Made by a program: the position numbers and the translations under genes. DNA of 64,000 bases, from assembly GCA_963653505.1 (NCBI GenBank), contig CAVJWL010000001.1, forward strand, positions 53,557-117,556. Direction: 5' to 3'. The notes beneath the pieces were generated by a model. It was not told the DNA's origin, did not search any database, and was given only the letters and a program-made list of their open reading frames with translations. The DNA is from an uncultured Prevotellaceae bacterium. GTDB taxonomy: Bacteria > Bacillota_I > Bacilli_A > RFN20 > CAG-288. Shown here in pieces: positions 8,660 through 17,842 of the stretch. The first letter of the stretch is position 1. Each line of letters opens with the position of its first letter.

Positions 8660-11224
8660 ATGAAAAAAATATCTGCATTAGTTGTTTCTTTGATATCCAT
8701 TTGTTCTCTTGTTTCATGTGTGAATAAACAAAGTTCTATTTCTAGCGCTGAATCTAAAAATAGTGTTGTTTCTATAACTTCTGATAGTGATAAGAAAGAG
8801 GAAGATATTCAAGTGGTAGTTGAATTGAATTCTAACGGTGGATATTTAGATTCTTATTCTTTGACATTGACTTATGGTTCACCTTATTCTCTTCCGATAC
8901 CAGAAGTGACATCGGACATGGGAAATGTTGTCTTTGATGGTTGGTATTACCAAGGAAATAAGGTTAACAATCAAGGAGAATCATTTCCTTATTCAACTAA
9001 TATAACTCTTATAGGAAAATGGACAAGTAACGATTTTGAATTCAGATTAGATGGAATTGATTCCTATATATTAACTTCTTGTAAAAATAAAAGTGAAGAT
9101 GTGATAATTCCTTCATCTTACAATGGATTAAAAGTTACATCTATTGGTAAAAGAGCTTTTTCTAATAATAAAAAGATCAAATCTCTATCTTTACCATCCA
9201 GTATTTTAGCTATTGATGAATTTGCCTTTTACGGATGTTCTTCTTTGAAAAGTGTTTCCTTTTCTTCTTCGATTGAGACCTTTTATACTTCGGCTTTTGA
9301 AGGATGCGAGAATTTAAAAAATGTCTTCTTTGATGGTGATATCAATCAATATTTAAACATCGATTTTTATGAGAATGGAAGCCCGTGTTGCAATAGTACT
9401 TCGTTGTATTTTAAAAATAAATTGGTCAAAAAAGTAGAAATTAGTAGTTCTATTACAACTATTAAAGCTAACGCTTTTATCGGTATCTCTTCTTTAGAAG
9501 AAGTGACACTACCTACTACTATTGAAAACATTGAGAATTCAGCTTTTTCATATTGTAGAAATTTAAAAAGTATCAATCTTCCTACAAATCTTAAAACAAT
9601 TGGAGAATGTGCCTTTAATAATTGTTCTTCCTTGACATCAATTACTATTCCAAATTCTATTGTAACTATTCCTTATGGATGTTTTAAGAATTGTTATACA
9701 TTGAAGAATGTGACTTTCTCAGATGATCTAGAAGTAATTGGAGAAAATTCCTTTGAAAATTGCATTGAGATTGAAAATCTAACATTACCATCTAAATTGA
9801 CTGATATTCAAAGCAACGCTTTTTATAAATGCTCAAAATTGAAGACAGTTTCATTTCCGGAGTCTTTAGTCAATATTTCAGCTTCAGCCTTTAGCTATGA
9901 TACTTCTTTAACTTCAATCTCATTAGGAAAGAATGTTACAAGTATCGCTTATGGCGCATTCTCAACTTGCAATAGTGTAGAGACAATTACAATTGCTGAA
10001 GATAATACTACCTATAAAACTGTCAATAATTGTTTGATCAATAAAAAAGAAAATGAAGTCATTTTAGGATGTAAAAATTCAACGATTCCTGATGGTATTA
10101 AAACGATTGGGAAGGAAGCTTTCTTTGGATGTTCAAAATTGACACAGATAGAATTTCCAAGTTCTGTAACTAAAATAGATAACTACGCATTTTCAAATTG
10201 CTCAAAATTATCATCAATTCATATAACGAATAATATATCCATCATCGGAAATAATGCCTTTACAGGTTGTATCAGAGTAGAAACTATCCTTGTCGATAGT
10301 GATAATCCTACTTATGCATCACTCACTAATTGTTTGCTAAGCAAAGATCAAAAAGAACTTCTCTATGGCTGTAAAGCTTCAACAATACCAAGTACAGTTG
10401 AAACAATCGGAACTGAAGCCTTTTATTACTGCTCACTTCTTGAAACTATAAATATTCCTACTACTGTTAAAAAGATTTCTACCCGTGCTTTTGCTTATTG
10501 CTACGGATTAAAAACAGTGACAATAGGAGATGGAGTTGAAGAATTAGGCGAGGAATGCTTTTCAAATTGTTCATCATTAGTTGAAGTCACCTTACCAAAC
10601 ACGATAACAACTATTCCTAAAAAATGTTTTTCAACCTGCTTTGCTTTGAATGATTTGACGATCAAAGAAGGAGTTGTTGAAATTCAAGATAATGCCTTCT
10701 CCTATTGTATGGAACTGAAGAATTTAAATCTTCCATCAAGTTTGACAACTATTCAAGAAGGCTGCTTTATTTCTTGTCAAGAACTAACAAATGTAGTGAT
10801 TCCAACTTCAAATACATCATACAAATTTATCAATAATATGCTCTTGGATTATGACTGTACAAAATTGATTCATGGATCTCAAAATATAATCTTGCCATCA
10901 ACTCTTATTGAAATAATGCCTTATGCTTTATATAGCAATAACTATATCGATACATTAGAATTCAATGAAGGATTAAAAGTCATCTCTCATGATGCTTGTT
11001 CTTATATGTGGAGCTTAGGTAAAGTAGTCTTACCAAAAAGCATTGAGAAGATTGAAGACTATGCTTTCTATTATGATATGGGACTTTGTGAAATTGAATA
11101 CAAAGGTACTAAAAGTGAGTTTAAACAAATTGATTTAGGCTATGGAATTTTATCATCAACCTATATTTATGAAATTGTTTGCACTGACGAAAATTATCAA
11201 TTGGAAGAACAATTCTATATCTAA
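8660..11224 (+). CDS. BspA-type leucine-rich-repeat surface lipoprotein
   Basis: GGAGGG Shine-Dalgarno sequence. Signal peptide with lipobox LVSC. An N-terminal S-rich linker is followed by more than 25 tandem ~22-25 aa repeats of the form L.sI.iP.sV..Ig..aF..C.sL. Confidence 0.85.
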   Translation: MKKISALVVSLISICSLVSCVNKQSSISSAESKNSVVSITSDSDKKEEDIQVVVELNSNGGYLDSYSLTLTYGSPYSLPIPEVTSDMGNVVFDGWYYQGNKVNNQGESFPYSTNITLIGKWTSNDFEFRLDGIDSYILTSCKNKSEDVIIPSSYNGLKVTSIGKRAFSNNKKIKSLSLPSSILAIDEFAFYGCSSLKSVSFSSSIETFYTSAFEGCENLKNVFFDGDINQYLNIDFYENGSPCCNSTSLYFKNKLVKKVEISSSITTIKANAFIGISSLEEVTLPTTIENIENSAFSYCRNLKSINLPTNLKTIGECAFNNCSSLTSITIPNSIVTIPYGCFKNCYTLKNVTFSDDLEVIGENSFENCIEIENLTLPSKLTDIQSNAFYKCSKLKTVSFPESLVNISASAFSYDTSLTSISLGKNVTSIAYGAFSTCNSVETITIAEDNTTYKTVNNCLINKKENEVILGCKNSTIPDGIKTIGKEAFFGCSKLTQIEFPSSVTKIDNYAFSNCSKLSSIHITNNISIIGNNAFTGCIRVETILVDSDNPTYASLTNCLLSKDQKELLYGCKASTIPSTVETIGTEAFYYCSLLETINIPTTVKKISTRAFAYCYGLKTVTIGDGVEELGEECFSNCSSLVEVTLPNTITTIPKKCFSTCFALNDLTIKEGVVEIQDNAFSYCMELKNLNLPSSLTTIQEGCFISCQELTNVVIPTSNTSYKFINNMLLDYDCTKLIHGSQNIILPSTLIEIMPYALYSNNYIDTLEFNEGLKVISHDACSYMWSLGKVVLPKSIEKIEDYAFYYDMGLCEIEYKGTKSEFKQIDLGYGILSSTYIYEIVCTDENYQLEEQFYI

Positions 11225-11231
11225 TAAAAAA

Positions 11232-11269
11232 GGTAATTGATCATTCATTTGACCAATTACCAATTTTTT
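11232..11269. terminator. Bidirectional Rho-independent terminator between two convergent genes
   Basis: Stem GGTAATTG / CAATTACC with a 14-nt loop, an A-run on the left and a T-run on the right. Confidence 0.6.
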
Positions 11270-12233
11270 ATAATGATTCTTTTGTTTGAAGACTTTTCTT
11301 ATGTTTGATTTGAATGACAACAATCATCGGAATTGAGATAGCTAAGAAGAAGATAGAACCGACAATGTAATCCCATGTTTGAATTGAGTTATTAATATAT
11401 AAAGGATAAATGCTAGAATTGATGAACATTGAGATGACAGAACCGATGATCAAACCAAGAATGGCATAGAAAGTTGAGACTCTGTGATTTGAAAGAAGGA
11501 CTTTCATAACTTTTGAAGCTAAGAATAAACCGATGAGAGCTCCGATGACTAATAATAAGAAGATCAAGATACCGGTTAACATATATGATGTTCCACCATT
11601 ATCCTTGTTGAAAATGCTATAATCACCTTTAGTTGTCATAAAGGTATTCAAGATTGGAAAATACATACCGATGACCATCAATGACATACTTCCAGAAATT
11701 CCAGGAACGACACAAGCGAAAGCTCCAATAACACCAGATAATAAAGCAAGAATATAGATCCACCAAACTCTCTGTTTCATAAATTCAGCTAAGTCTAATT
11801 TTGTCAAAGCAGTGACAATACCTAAACCTGCTGCTAATAAAAGACATAATGAGAAGGCAAGGATGTGAATTATCAATTCTTTGCTATCTTTATGTTTCTT
11901 TAATTCATAACAAGCAACTGGAAGAGATCCTATAACAAGACCAGCAAAGATACCAGTGATTGTAAACGGGGCACTTTTATATCCTTTTTGAATACCAACA
12001 AAGGCAGCAAGAGCACCGATTAATAAACCGATTAAATATGGTAAGAGGATGAGAAGATTTTTACCAAAGGCTTTTTTTAGTCCAGTGATAGCATCGATTA
12101 TCGTATCATAACATTTTTCAGCAACGGCGATAGTTCCAGCACTAAGTCCTGGTATTGCAACAGAAATACCGAGAGTTATTCCTTTTAACGTATCAAATAA
12201 GAAATTAGATTTTTGTTTATTTTCTTTATCCAT
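11268..12233 (-). CDS. DUF368 family polytopic membrane protein (PopT-type putative undecaprenyl-phosphate translocase)
   Basis: ATG start. The duplicated signature ...GISVAIPGLSAGTIAV... and ...CVVPGISGSMSLMVIGMY... matches the PGxSRSG repeats of DUF368. About 9 TM helices. Confidence 0.75.
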   Translation of the reverse strand: MDKENKQKSNFLFDTLKGITLGISVAIPGLSAGTIAVAEKCYDTIIDAITGLKKAFGKNLLILLPYLIGLLIGALAAFVGIQKGYKSAPFTITGIFAGLVIGSLPVACYELKKHKDSKELIIHILAFSLCLLLAAGLGIVTALTKLDLAEFMKQRVWWIYILALLSGVIGAFACVVPGISGSMSLMVIGMYFPILNTFMTTKGDYSIFNKDNGGTSYMLTGILIFLLLVIGALIGLFLASKVMKVLLSNHRVSTFYAILGLIIGSVISMFINSSIYPLYINNSIQTWDYIVGSIFFLAISIPMIVVIQIKHKKSLQTKESL

Positions 12234-12384
12234 AAATTTCTCCTAACTACAACATTATATTTTTTTGTCTGATGAAATAAAAGAACTATAGAAGATAAAT
12301 TTGTTAAAGCGCTTAATTATTTTTAAATATTCTTTTAAATTTTGATAAAAATGTATGATAATTATATGTATATAGAGGTGTGCG

Positions 12385-13089
12385 ATGAACTATATTTTAG
12401 AAGCTAAGAACTTAAAGAAAGAATTCGTCGATGGTGAAAGAAAAATAACGGCTTTAAATGATGTCAATCTTCAGATCAAAGAAGGAGAATTGGTCATCAT
12501 CTTAGGACCTAGTGGGGCTGGAAAGTCCACTCTTTTGAATATGATCGGAGGTATGGATTCTCTAACTTCTGGATCACTTAAAATCGATAAAGAAGAAATA
12601 TCTAAATACAATTCAAAACAACTCACTGACTATCGAAGAAATAAAGTCGGCTTTGTTTTTCAATTCTATAATTTGATGCCAAATTTGACAGCAATCGAAA
12701 ATATCGAACTAGCAACTGAACTCAATAAGGATGCTTTAAATCCTGAAGAAGTCTTAAAGATGGTCGGATTAGAAGAAAGAAAAGATAACTTTCCTAGCCA
12801 ACTAAGCGGTGGAGAACAACAAAGAGTCTCCATAGCTCGTGCTATCGCTAAAAATCCCAAGATTATCTTATGCGATGAACCAACTGGTGCTCTTGATTAT
12901 CAAACAGGAAAAGAAATCTTATCACTTCTTTCTAATTTAGTGAAAAATGAAAAGAAAACCGTCATCATCGTCACCCATAATTCTGCACTCAGCAAAATGG
13001 CCGATCATCTCATCAAAATAAAAAATGGAGAAGTTGTTCTCGATGAAATGAATGACTCTCCAATAGATATAAAGGATATCGAATGGTGA
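12385..13089 (+). CDS. ABC transporter ATP-binding protein (MacB/BceA-like)
   Basis: Walker [13 protein letters not shown] signature [14 protein letters not shown] and Walker [19 protein letters not shown] Shine-Dalgarno sequence. Confidence 0.9.
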   Translation: MNYILEAKNLKKEFVDGERKITALNDVNLQIKEGELVIILGPSGAGKSTLLNMIGGMDSLTSGSLKIDKEEISKYNSKQLTDYRRNKVGFVFQFYNLMPNLTAIENIELATELNKDALNPEEVLKMVGLEERKDNFPSQLSGGEQQRVSIARAIAKNPKIILCDEPTGALDYQTGKEILSLLSNLVKNEKKTVIIVTHNSALSKMADHLIKIKNGEVVLDEMNDSPIDIKDIEW

Positions 13090-15023
13090 AGAAAACATAT
13101 TTTAAAACCATCATCCGCTGTTTTTTACACAATAAAACAAGATTTTTAACAAATCTGTTTATTGTCTTTTTATCTATCGCATTTTCTTGTGGATTATTAG
13201 CATTCCCGGCTTCCTATAAAAATAGTTTTTCACAACAATACACAGAAAATAATGTCTCTGACTTGATTGTTAAAACCAAAAAAGAAGAGGGATTAGATGA
13301 AGAGAAAATATCAAAATTAAAAGAAGATAAAAATGTTGAAAGCATCACTACGATGATGGCATTTGATTGTACAAATGATGACGGCGATATTTACCGCATC
13401 TACATCTATGATTATTCTTCAACAGTCAATAAGTTCACACTTATTGATGGTGAATATCCTCAGAAAGAATTTGATTTATATTCTGATAATGAAATATTAG
13501 TTGAAAAAGCGAATAAGAATCGAAAAGAATTTAATGTCGGTTCAAGGTTTGCTTTAGACTTATCATCTTTTTTTACAAGTAAAAACACTTCTTCAATTCC
13601 ATTTAAAATTAAACCGCTTGTCTTTGAAGTTAAAGGAGTAGTCAAAACTCCACTTTATACCTCAGTTCAAGAAGAAGAACCGTGGCTAGAAGAAAATCCT
13701 GATGATAAAAAAGTCCAAGCTATTTTATATATAGATTCAAAATTGCTTCCTAAAACTATAACCTATAAACAAAACGGAATTTCAATAAATGATATCAGTA
13801 CGGATAAGTTTTTGAAAACAACAGATATCTATATCAGATATAAGATGCAACACGATTATTTCTCATCCTCATATAAAGATCAAATCCAAGAAAAACAAAA
13901 TAATGTCGAACAATATTTTGGAAGTGAGAATGTGTCGGTGTTATCGTTATATGAAAATACTTCCTATGCCACTTTTGATAACTACAACGATAAAGTAACT
14001 AAGATCACCCTTGTCGTTCCTATTTTCTTCCTTCTTTTGTCAGCTCTTGTCAATTTAATAACGATGACAAGACTTATCGATGATGAAAGAAAGATAATCG
14101 GATGTTATGTCTCTTTAGGAATTCCTAAGATAAGAATATATTTCAAATATTTGAGTTTTACATTTATATCTTCACTTTTTGGTATCATCATCGGATATTT
14201 ATTCGGCGTTAAATTATTACCGATTATCATATTCCCTGCTTATAAAACCGTCTTTGATATGGGAAGCTTATTTGTGTCATATAATCAACCTACTAGTTTA
14301 ATTGTCTCTTTGATATTATTATTGGTTTCTTTAGGTGTCACTTTTATTTCTAGCTATACGAGAATGAAAGAAAAACCATCTGATTTGATGAAAAATAAAG
14401 CACCAAAGCCAGGTAAGAAAATACTTCTTGAAAAAATCAAAGTCATATGGAAACCACTGCCTTTTAAATATAAATCCTCAATTAGAAATATTTTTAGACA
14501 AAAGAAAAATCTCATCTTGACATCTCTTTCTATTATCGGGTCAACTATTCTTTGTCTTTTGGGATTTGGTTTATATGATATTTCAAATTCATTATTGAAT
14601 GATTCTATTTTCTCAAATGTGGCTTCTTCGATGGGAAGTATTTCAACTGTCATTGTAATATTTGCCCTTTTGATGGCAGTTGTTGTCATCTATTCTCTCA
14701 CTAATATGAATATTCAAGAAAGAGAGAGAGAATTAGCGACTTTAAAAGTCTTAGGTTATCATGATATCGAATGCTCTTTTTACACCTTTAGAGAAATGTT
14801 GATGATAACAATCCTTGCAACCTTATTAGGACTTCCTATTTCATATCTTGTGATGTTTTTTGTCTTTGATTATTTATCTTTTGGCAATGTCAATGATGTC
14901 AAATTCACTAGTTATATCTTAACTTTTGTGATAATTGTTTGTTCGACAGTTCTAGTCAATTTATTACTTTATCCAAAAGTAAAAAAAGTCGATTTGAACG
15001 ATTCCTTAAAAGTAATGGAGTGA
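13083..15023 (+). CDS. ABC transporter permease with two FtsX-like modules and a large extracytoplasmic domain
   Basis: The ATG overlaps the stop of the ATPase gene (ATGGTGA). An N-terminal TM is followed by a ~260-aa extracellular domain. FtsX signatures occur twice: DDERKIIGCYVSLGI and QERERELATLKVLGY. Confidence 0.85.
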   Translation: MVKKTYFKTIIRCFLHNKTRFLTNLFIVFLSIAFSCGLLAFPASYKNSFSQQYTENNVSDLIVKTKKEEGLDEEKISKLKEDKNVESITTMMAFDCTNDDGDIYRIYIYDYSSTVNKFTLIDGEYPQKEFDLYSDNEILVEKANKNRKEFNVGSRFALDLSSFFTSKNTSSIPFKIKPLVFEVKGVVKTPLYTSVQEEEPWLEENPDDKKVQAILYIDSKLLPKTITYKQNGISINDISTDKFLKTTDIYIRYKMQHDYFSSSYKDQIQEKQNNVEQYFGSENVSVLSLYENTSYATFDNYNDKVTKITLVVPIFFLLLSALVNLITMTRLIDDERKIIGCYVSLGIPKIRIYFKYLSFTFISSLFGIIIGYLFGVKLLPIIIFPAYKTVFDMGSLFVSYNQPTSLIVSLILLLVSLGVTFISSYTRMKEKPSDLMKNKAPKPGKKILLEKIKVIWKPLPFKYKSSIRNIFRQKKNLILTSLSIIGSTILCLLGFGLYDISNSLLNDSIFSNVASSMGSISTVIVIFALLMAVVVIYSLTNMNIQERERELATLKVLGYHDIECSFYTFREMLMITILATLLGLPISYLVMFFVFDYLSFGNVNDVKFTSYILTFVIIVCSTVLVNLLLYPKVKKVDLNDSLKVME

Positions 15024-15030
15024 TATAAAC

Positions 15031-15525
15031 ATGAAAATAATGGTAATAAGTGATACGCATAACGATACTAGTTATGTAAGAGAAGTTATCGATATCTTTC
15101 AAAATGAAAAATTCGATAAATTATATGTTTTAGGTGATATCGGGGTTGATTCTTTATCGATAATCAATGAAGTCTATGATAAAGTTCTTGCAGTCAAAGG
15201 TAACTGTGACTCCTATGATGAAGAAGATAAGGCCTTATTCAATCTTCCTTATTTGAATTTTGATTATCAATTTGGAAAATTGTTTGTCTTAAGTCATGGA
15301 AATTATTATAGTCCTTATAATTATGACCAGGATTACAATGTCTTCTTGTTCGGTCATTACCACACTTCGATCATCAAAAAGATAGATGAAAATAAAATAG
15401 CTGCCAATCCAGGATCGCTTAGTGAACCAAGAGATGGCTATCATTCCTATATGACAATCGATGAGAATGGAATTAAAATAATAGATATAAATTCAAAATC
15501 AGTGATCAATTCATTGAAATTTTAA
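15031..15525 (+). CDS. YfcE-type metallophosphoesterase (calcineurin-like, Vps29 fold)
   Basis: MPP motifs are present: ISDTHND, LGDIG, GNCD and GHYH. GGAG Shine-Dalgarno sequence. Confidence 0.85.
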   Translation: MKIMVISDTHNDTSYVREVIDIFQNEKFDKLYVLGDIGVDSLSIINEVYDKVLAVKGNCDSYDEEDKALFNLPYLNFDYQFGKLFVLSHGNYYSPYNYDQDYNVFLFGHYHTSIIKKIDENKIAANPGSLSEPRDGYHSYMTIDENGIKIIDINSKSVINSLKF

Positions 15526-15537
15526 AAAGGAGAGAAT

Positions 15538-16077
15538 ATGTCAAATATATTGATTGGATCTGATATTCACGGATCATATTATTACGCAAAGAAATTCTTT
15601 GAAAAAGTTGAAAAATATAATCCAGAGAAGATATTGTTATTAGGTGATTATTATTATAATGGTGCAAGAAATGTTCCACCGCTTGAATATTCACCAAAAG
15701 ATGTCGTAGCTCTTTTAAATCAATATTCATCTAAAATTATCGCTTGCAAAGGAAATTGTGAAAGCGAAGTCGATAGCTGGGTCAGTGAATTTACAATTTG
15801 TGATATGGTCTATCTTCATTATTTTGATAAAGATATCATTTGTGCTCACGGACATCACGCAAGTTTTGATGCTCTTCCAAAAGGAAAATATGATATCTTC
15901 ATCCAAGGACATACTCATATCGGAGTCTTAAAAAAAGAAAATGATATTATTCTAGCAAATCCAGGATCGATATCATTACCTAAGGATAATCGACATTCAT
16001 ATATAGTCATGAATGAAAAAGGAATCAAACTCTACGATTTATTGACTGATGAAGAATGCTTATCCATCGATTTTTGA
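15538..16077 (+). CDS. Second metallophosphoesterase, a tandem paralogue of the YfcE/YsnB type
   Basis: MPP motifs are present: GSDIHGS, LGDYYYNG, GNCES and GHTH. AAAGGAGAG Shine-Dalgarno sequence. Confidence 0.85.
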   Translation: MSNILIGSDIHGSYYYAKKFFEKVEKYNPEKILLLGDYYYNGARNVPPLEYSPKDVVALLNQYSSKIIACKGNCESEVDSWVSEFTICDMVYLHYFDKDIICAHGHHASFDALPKGKYDIFIQGHTHIGVLKKENDIILANPGSISLPKDNRHSYIVMNEKGIKLYDLLTDEECLSIDF

Positions 16078-16925
16078 TTTTTACTTAAAAACTTTTTCAA
16101 TCTCTTTTGATAATATTTTGGAAAGAGAAATTTAGTCAGTTCATATCTAAGACCTTCGTCTTTCTTTCTTAAATACTGATAGTATTTTAAAGTAATAAAA
16201 AGAAGAATGAGAACTCCGATGATACAGATAAATATGAATAAGAACCAAATGAGCGGCGTAAATTTATCGAATGGAATGAAATTACTGCCTAAGAAGGTGA
16301 TTGTAAAAACACCAGTCAATCTGAATAAGATAGTACAGACAAAGTTATAAAGAAATGACATATCAGTCATCCCGACGACTAAAGCAAGAGTATCATCTGG
16401 AAATCCAGGAAGTAAATACATAAGTGGAAGGGAAGCTTTACCACCGATAGTCAATAAGTGTTTTGATTTTTCAATCTCCTTATCATCAATTAAAAGAGAA
16501 ATCAATTTCTTACCACCAAACCTGCCAATCAAAAACATCAAACTAGAAGTTGAAACAACACTGATAGATAAGACAATAAATGTTCTAATCATACCGATGA
16601 CTGTTTTATCATTGAAAATCAAATTACCTAAAGAGATGAAAAACATCGAAGAAATACCAGGAAGAAGATTGACAAGTGGTGAGATGACTAAAAAAAGAAA
16701 ATAAGTTAAAAATTTATTTTTTTGATAGAAATCAAAGAAAAAATTATTGAGTTTTGATTCACCTGAAAATGTTCTGAAGATAAAAAATCCGATGACGAGA
16801 AGTGAGATGACAGTCAAGACGATTGTTAAAAATTTGATGAGATTCTTACTAGCACTTTTCTTTTTCATACAAATATTATCAAATAAAAAAATAGAACTTA
16901 CAAGAAATAAGTATTCAAAAAGCAT
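16032..16925 (-). CDS. DedA/TVP38/TMEM64 family membrane protein (UptA-type putative undecaprenyl-phosphate translocase family)
   Basis: DedA signature region LVISPLVNLLPGISSMFFISLGNLIF...LIGRFGGKKL. The true start may be the internal MKKK codon at 16868, because the annotated first ATG has no Shine-Dalgarno sequence. The 3' end overlaps the convergent phosphoesterase gene by 46 nt. Confidence 0.7.
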   Translation of the reverse strand: MLFEYLFLVSSIFLFDNICMKKKSASKNLIKFLTIVLTVISLLVIGFFIFRTFSGESKLNNFFFDFYQKNKFLTYFLFLVISPLVNLLPGISSMFFISLGNLIFNDKTVIGMIRTFIVLSISVVSTSSLMFLIGRFGGKKLISLLIDDKEIEKSKHLLTIGGKASLPLMYLLPGFPDDTLALVVGMTDMSFLYNFVCTILFRLTGVFTITFLGSNFIPFDKFTPLIWFLFIFICIIGVLILLFITLKYYQYLRKKDEGLRYELTKFLFPKYYQKRLKKFLSKNQKSMDKHSSSVNKS

Positions 16926-16981
16926 ATTGATTTTAAAAATATCTAAAAAATCATAAAATATATGAAGTATATGGAGGCTAT

Positions 16982-17842
16982 ATGAAATTTATAAACGAAC
17001 ATTTTGAAGGTGAGAGAGCTCTTTTTAAAATAAAAGATTCTACCATTGAAAATTGCCTATTTGATAATGGAGAATCCCCATTAAAAGAATCAAGAAATTT
17101 GATAATAAAAAATACAACATTCGGGTATAAATATCCCTGTTGGTATTCTTCTAATTTAGATGTTGATAACTGCACTTTCTTAGAAATGTCTAGATCAGGA
17201 ATTTGGTATACAAATAATTCAAAATTTAAGAATCTCAATATCATCGCTCCGAAGGAATTTAGAAGATGTGATATGATAGAACTTGAAAACATAAATTTTG
17301 AAAATGCAAGTGAAACCTTGTGGAACTGCACTGATGTCAAATTGAAAAATATCAAAGCAAAAGGTGATTATTTCATGATGAATTCAAAAGATGTCGAAGT
17401 TTTTAACCTCCAATTAGATGGAAATTATTTCCTAGATGGTGGCAAGAACATTCATGTTAGTAATTCAATATTGAAATCTAAAGATGCTTTTTGGAACTGC
17501 GAAAATGTTGTCGTTGAAGATTGTATTATTGAAGGTGAATACCTTGCCTGGAATTCTAAAAATGTGACCTTCAGAAGATGTAAAATCTATTCTCATCAAG
17601 GACTATGTTATATAAATAATCTCAAGATGGAAGAATGCGAACTCATCGATTCAGATTTGACATTTGAATACTGCTCGGATATCGATGCAATACTTTTAAA
17701 TGAGGTCGATTCAATCAAGAATCCGATATCAGGAGTTATCAAGTGCAAGAATGTCAAAGAACTGATAAGAGAAGAAGATAGCCTTGATTTTTCAAAGGTG
17801 AAAGTGATGATTGAGGAGAACTCTAAATATGTCGAAATATGA
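16982..17842 (+). CDS. DUF3737-family protein with a right-handed beta-helix repeat fold
   Basis: ATGGAGG Shine-Dalgarno sequence. The N-terminus MKFINEHFEGERALF and the periodic ...NCTF.../...NCENVVVEDC.I repeats match DUF3737. Confidence 0.7.
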   Translation: MKFINEHFEGERALFKIKDSTIENCLFDNGESPLKESRNLIIKNTTFGYKYPCWYSSNLDVDNCTFLEMSRSGIWYTNNSKFKNLNIIAPKEFRRCDMIELENINFENASETLWNCTDVKLKNIKAKGDYFMMNSKDVEVFNLQLDGNYFLDGGKNIHVSNSILKSKDAFWNCENVVVEDCIIEGEYLAWNSKNVTFRRCKIYSHQGLCYINNLKMEECELIDSDLTFEYCSDIDAILLNEVDSIKNPISGVIKCKNVKELIREEDSLDFSKVKVMIEENSKYVEI

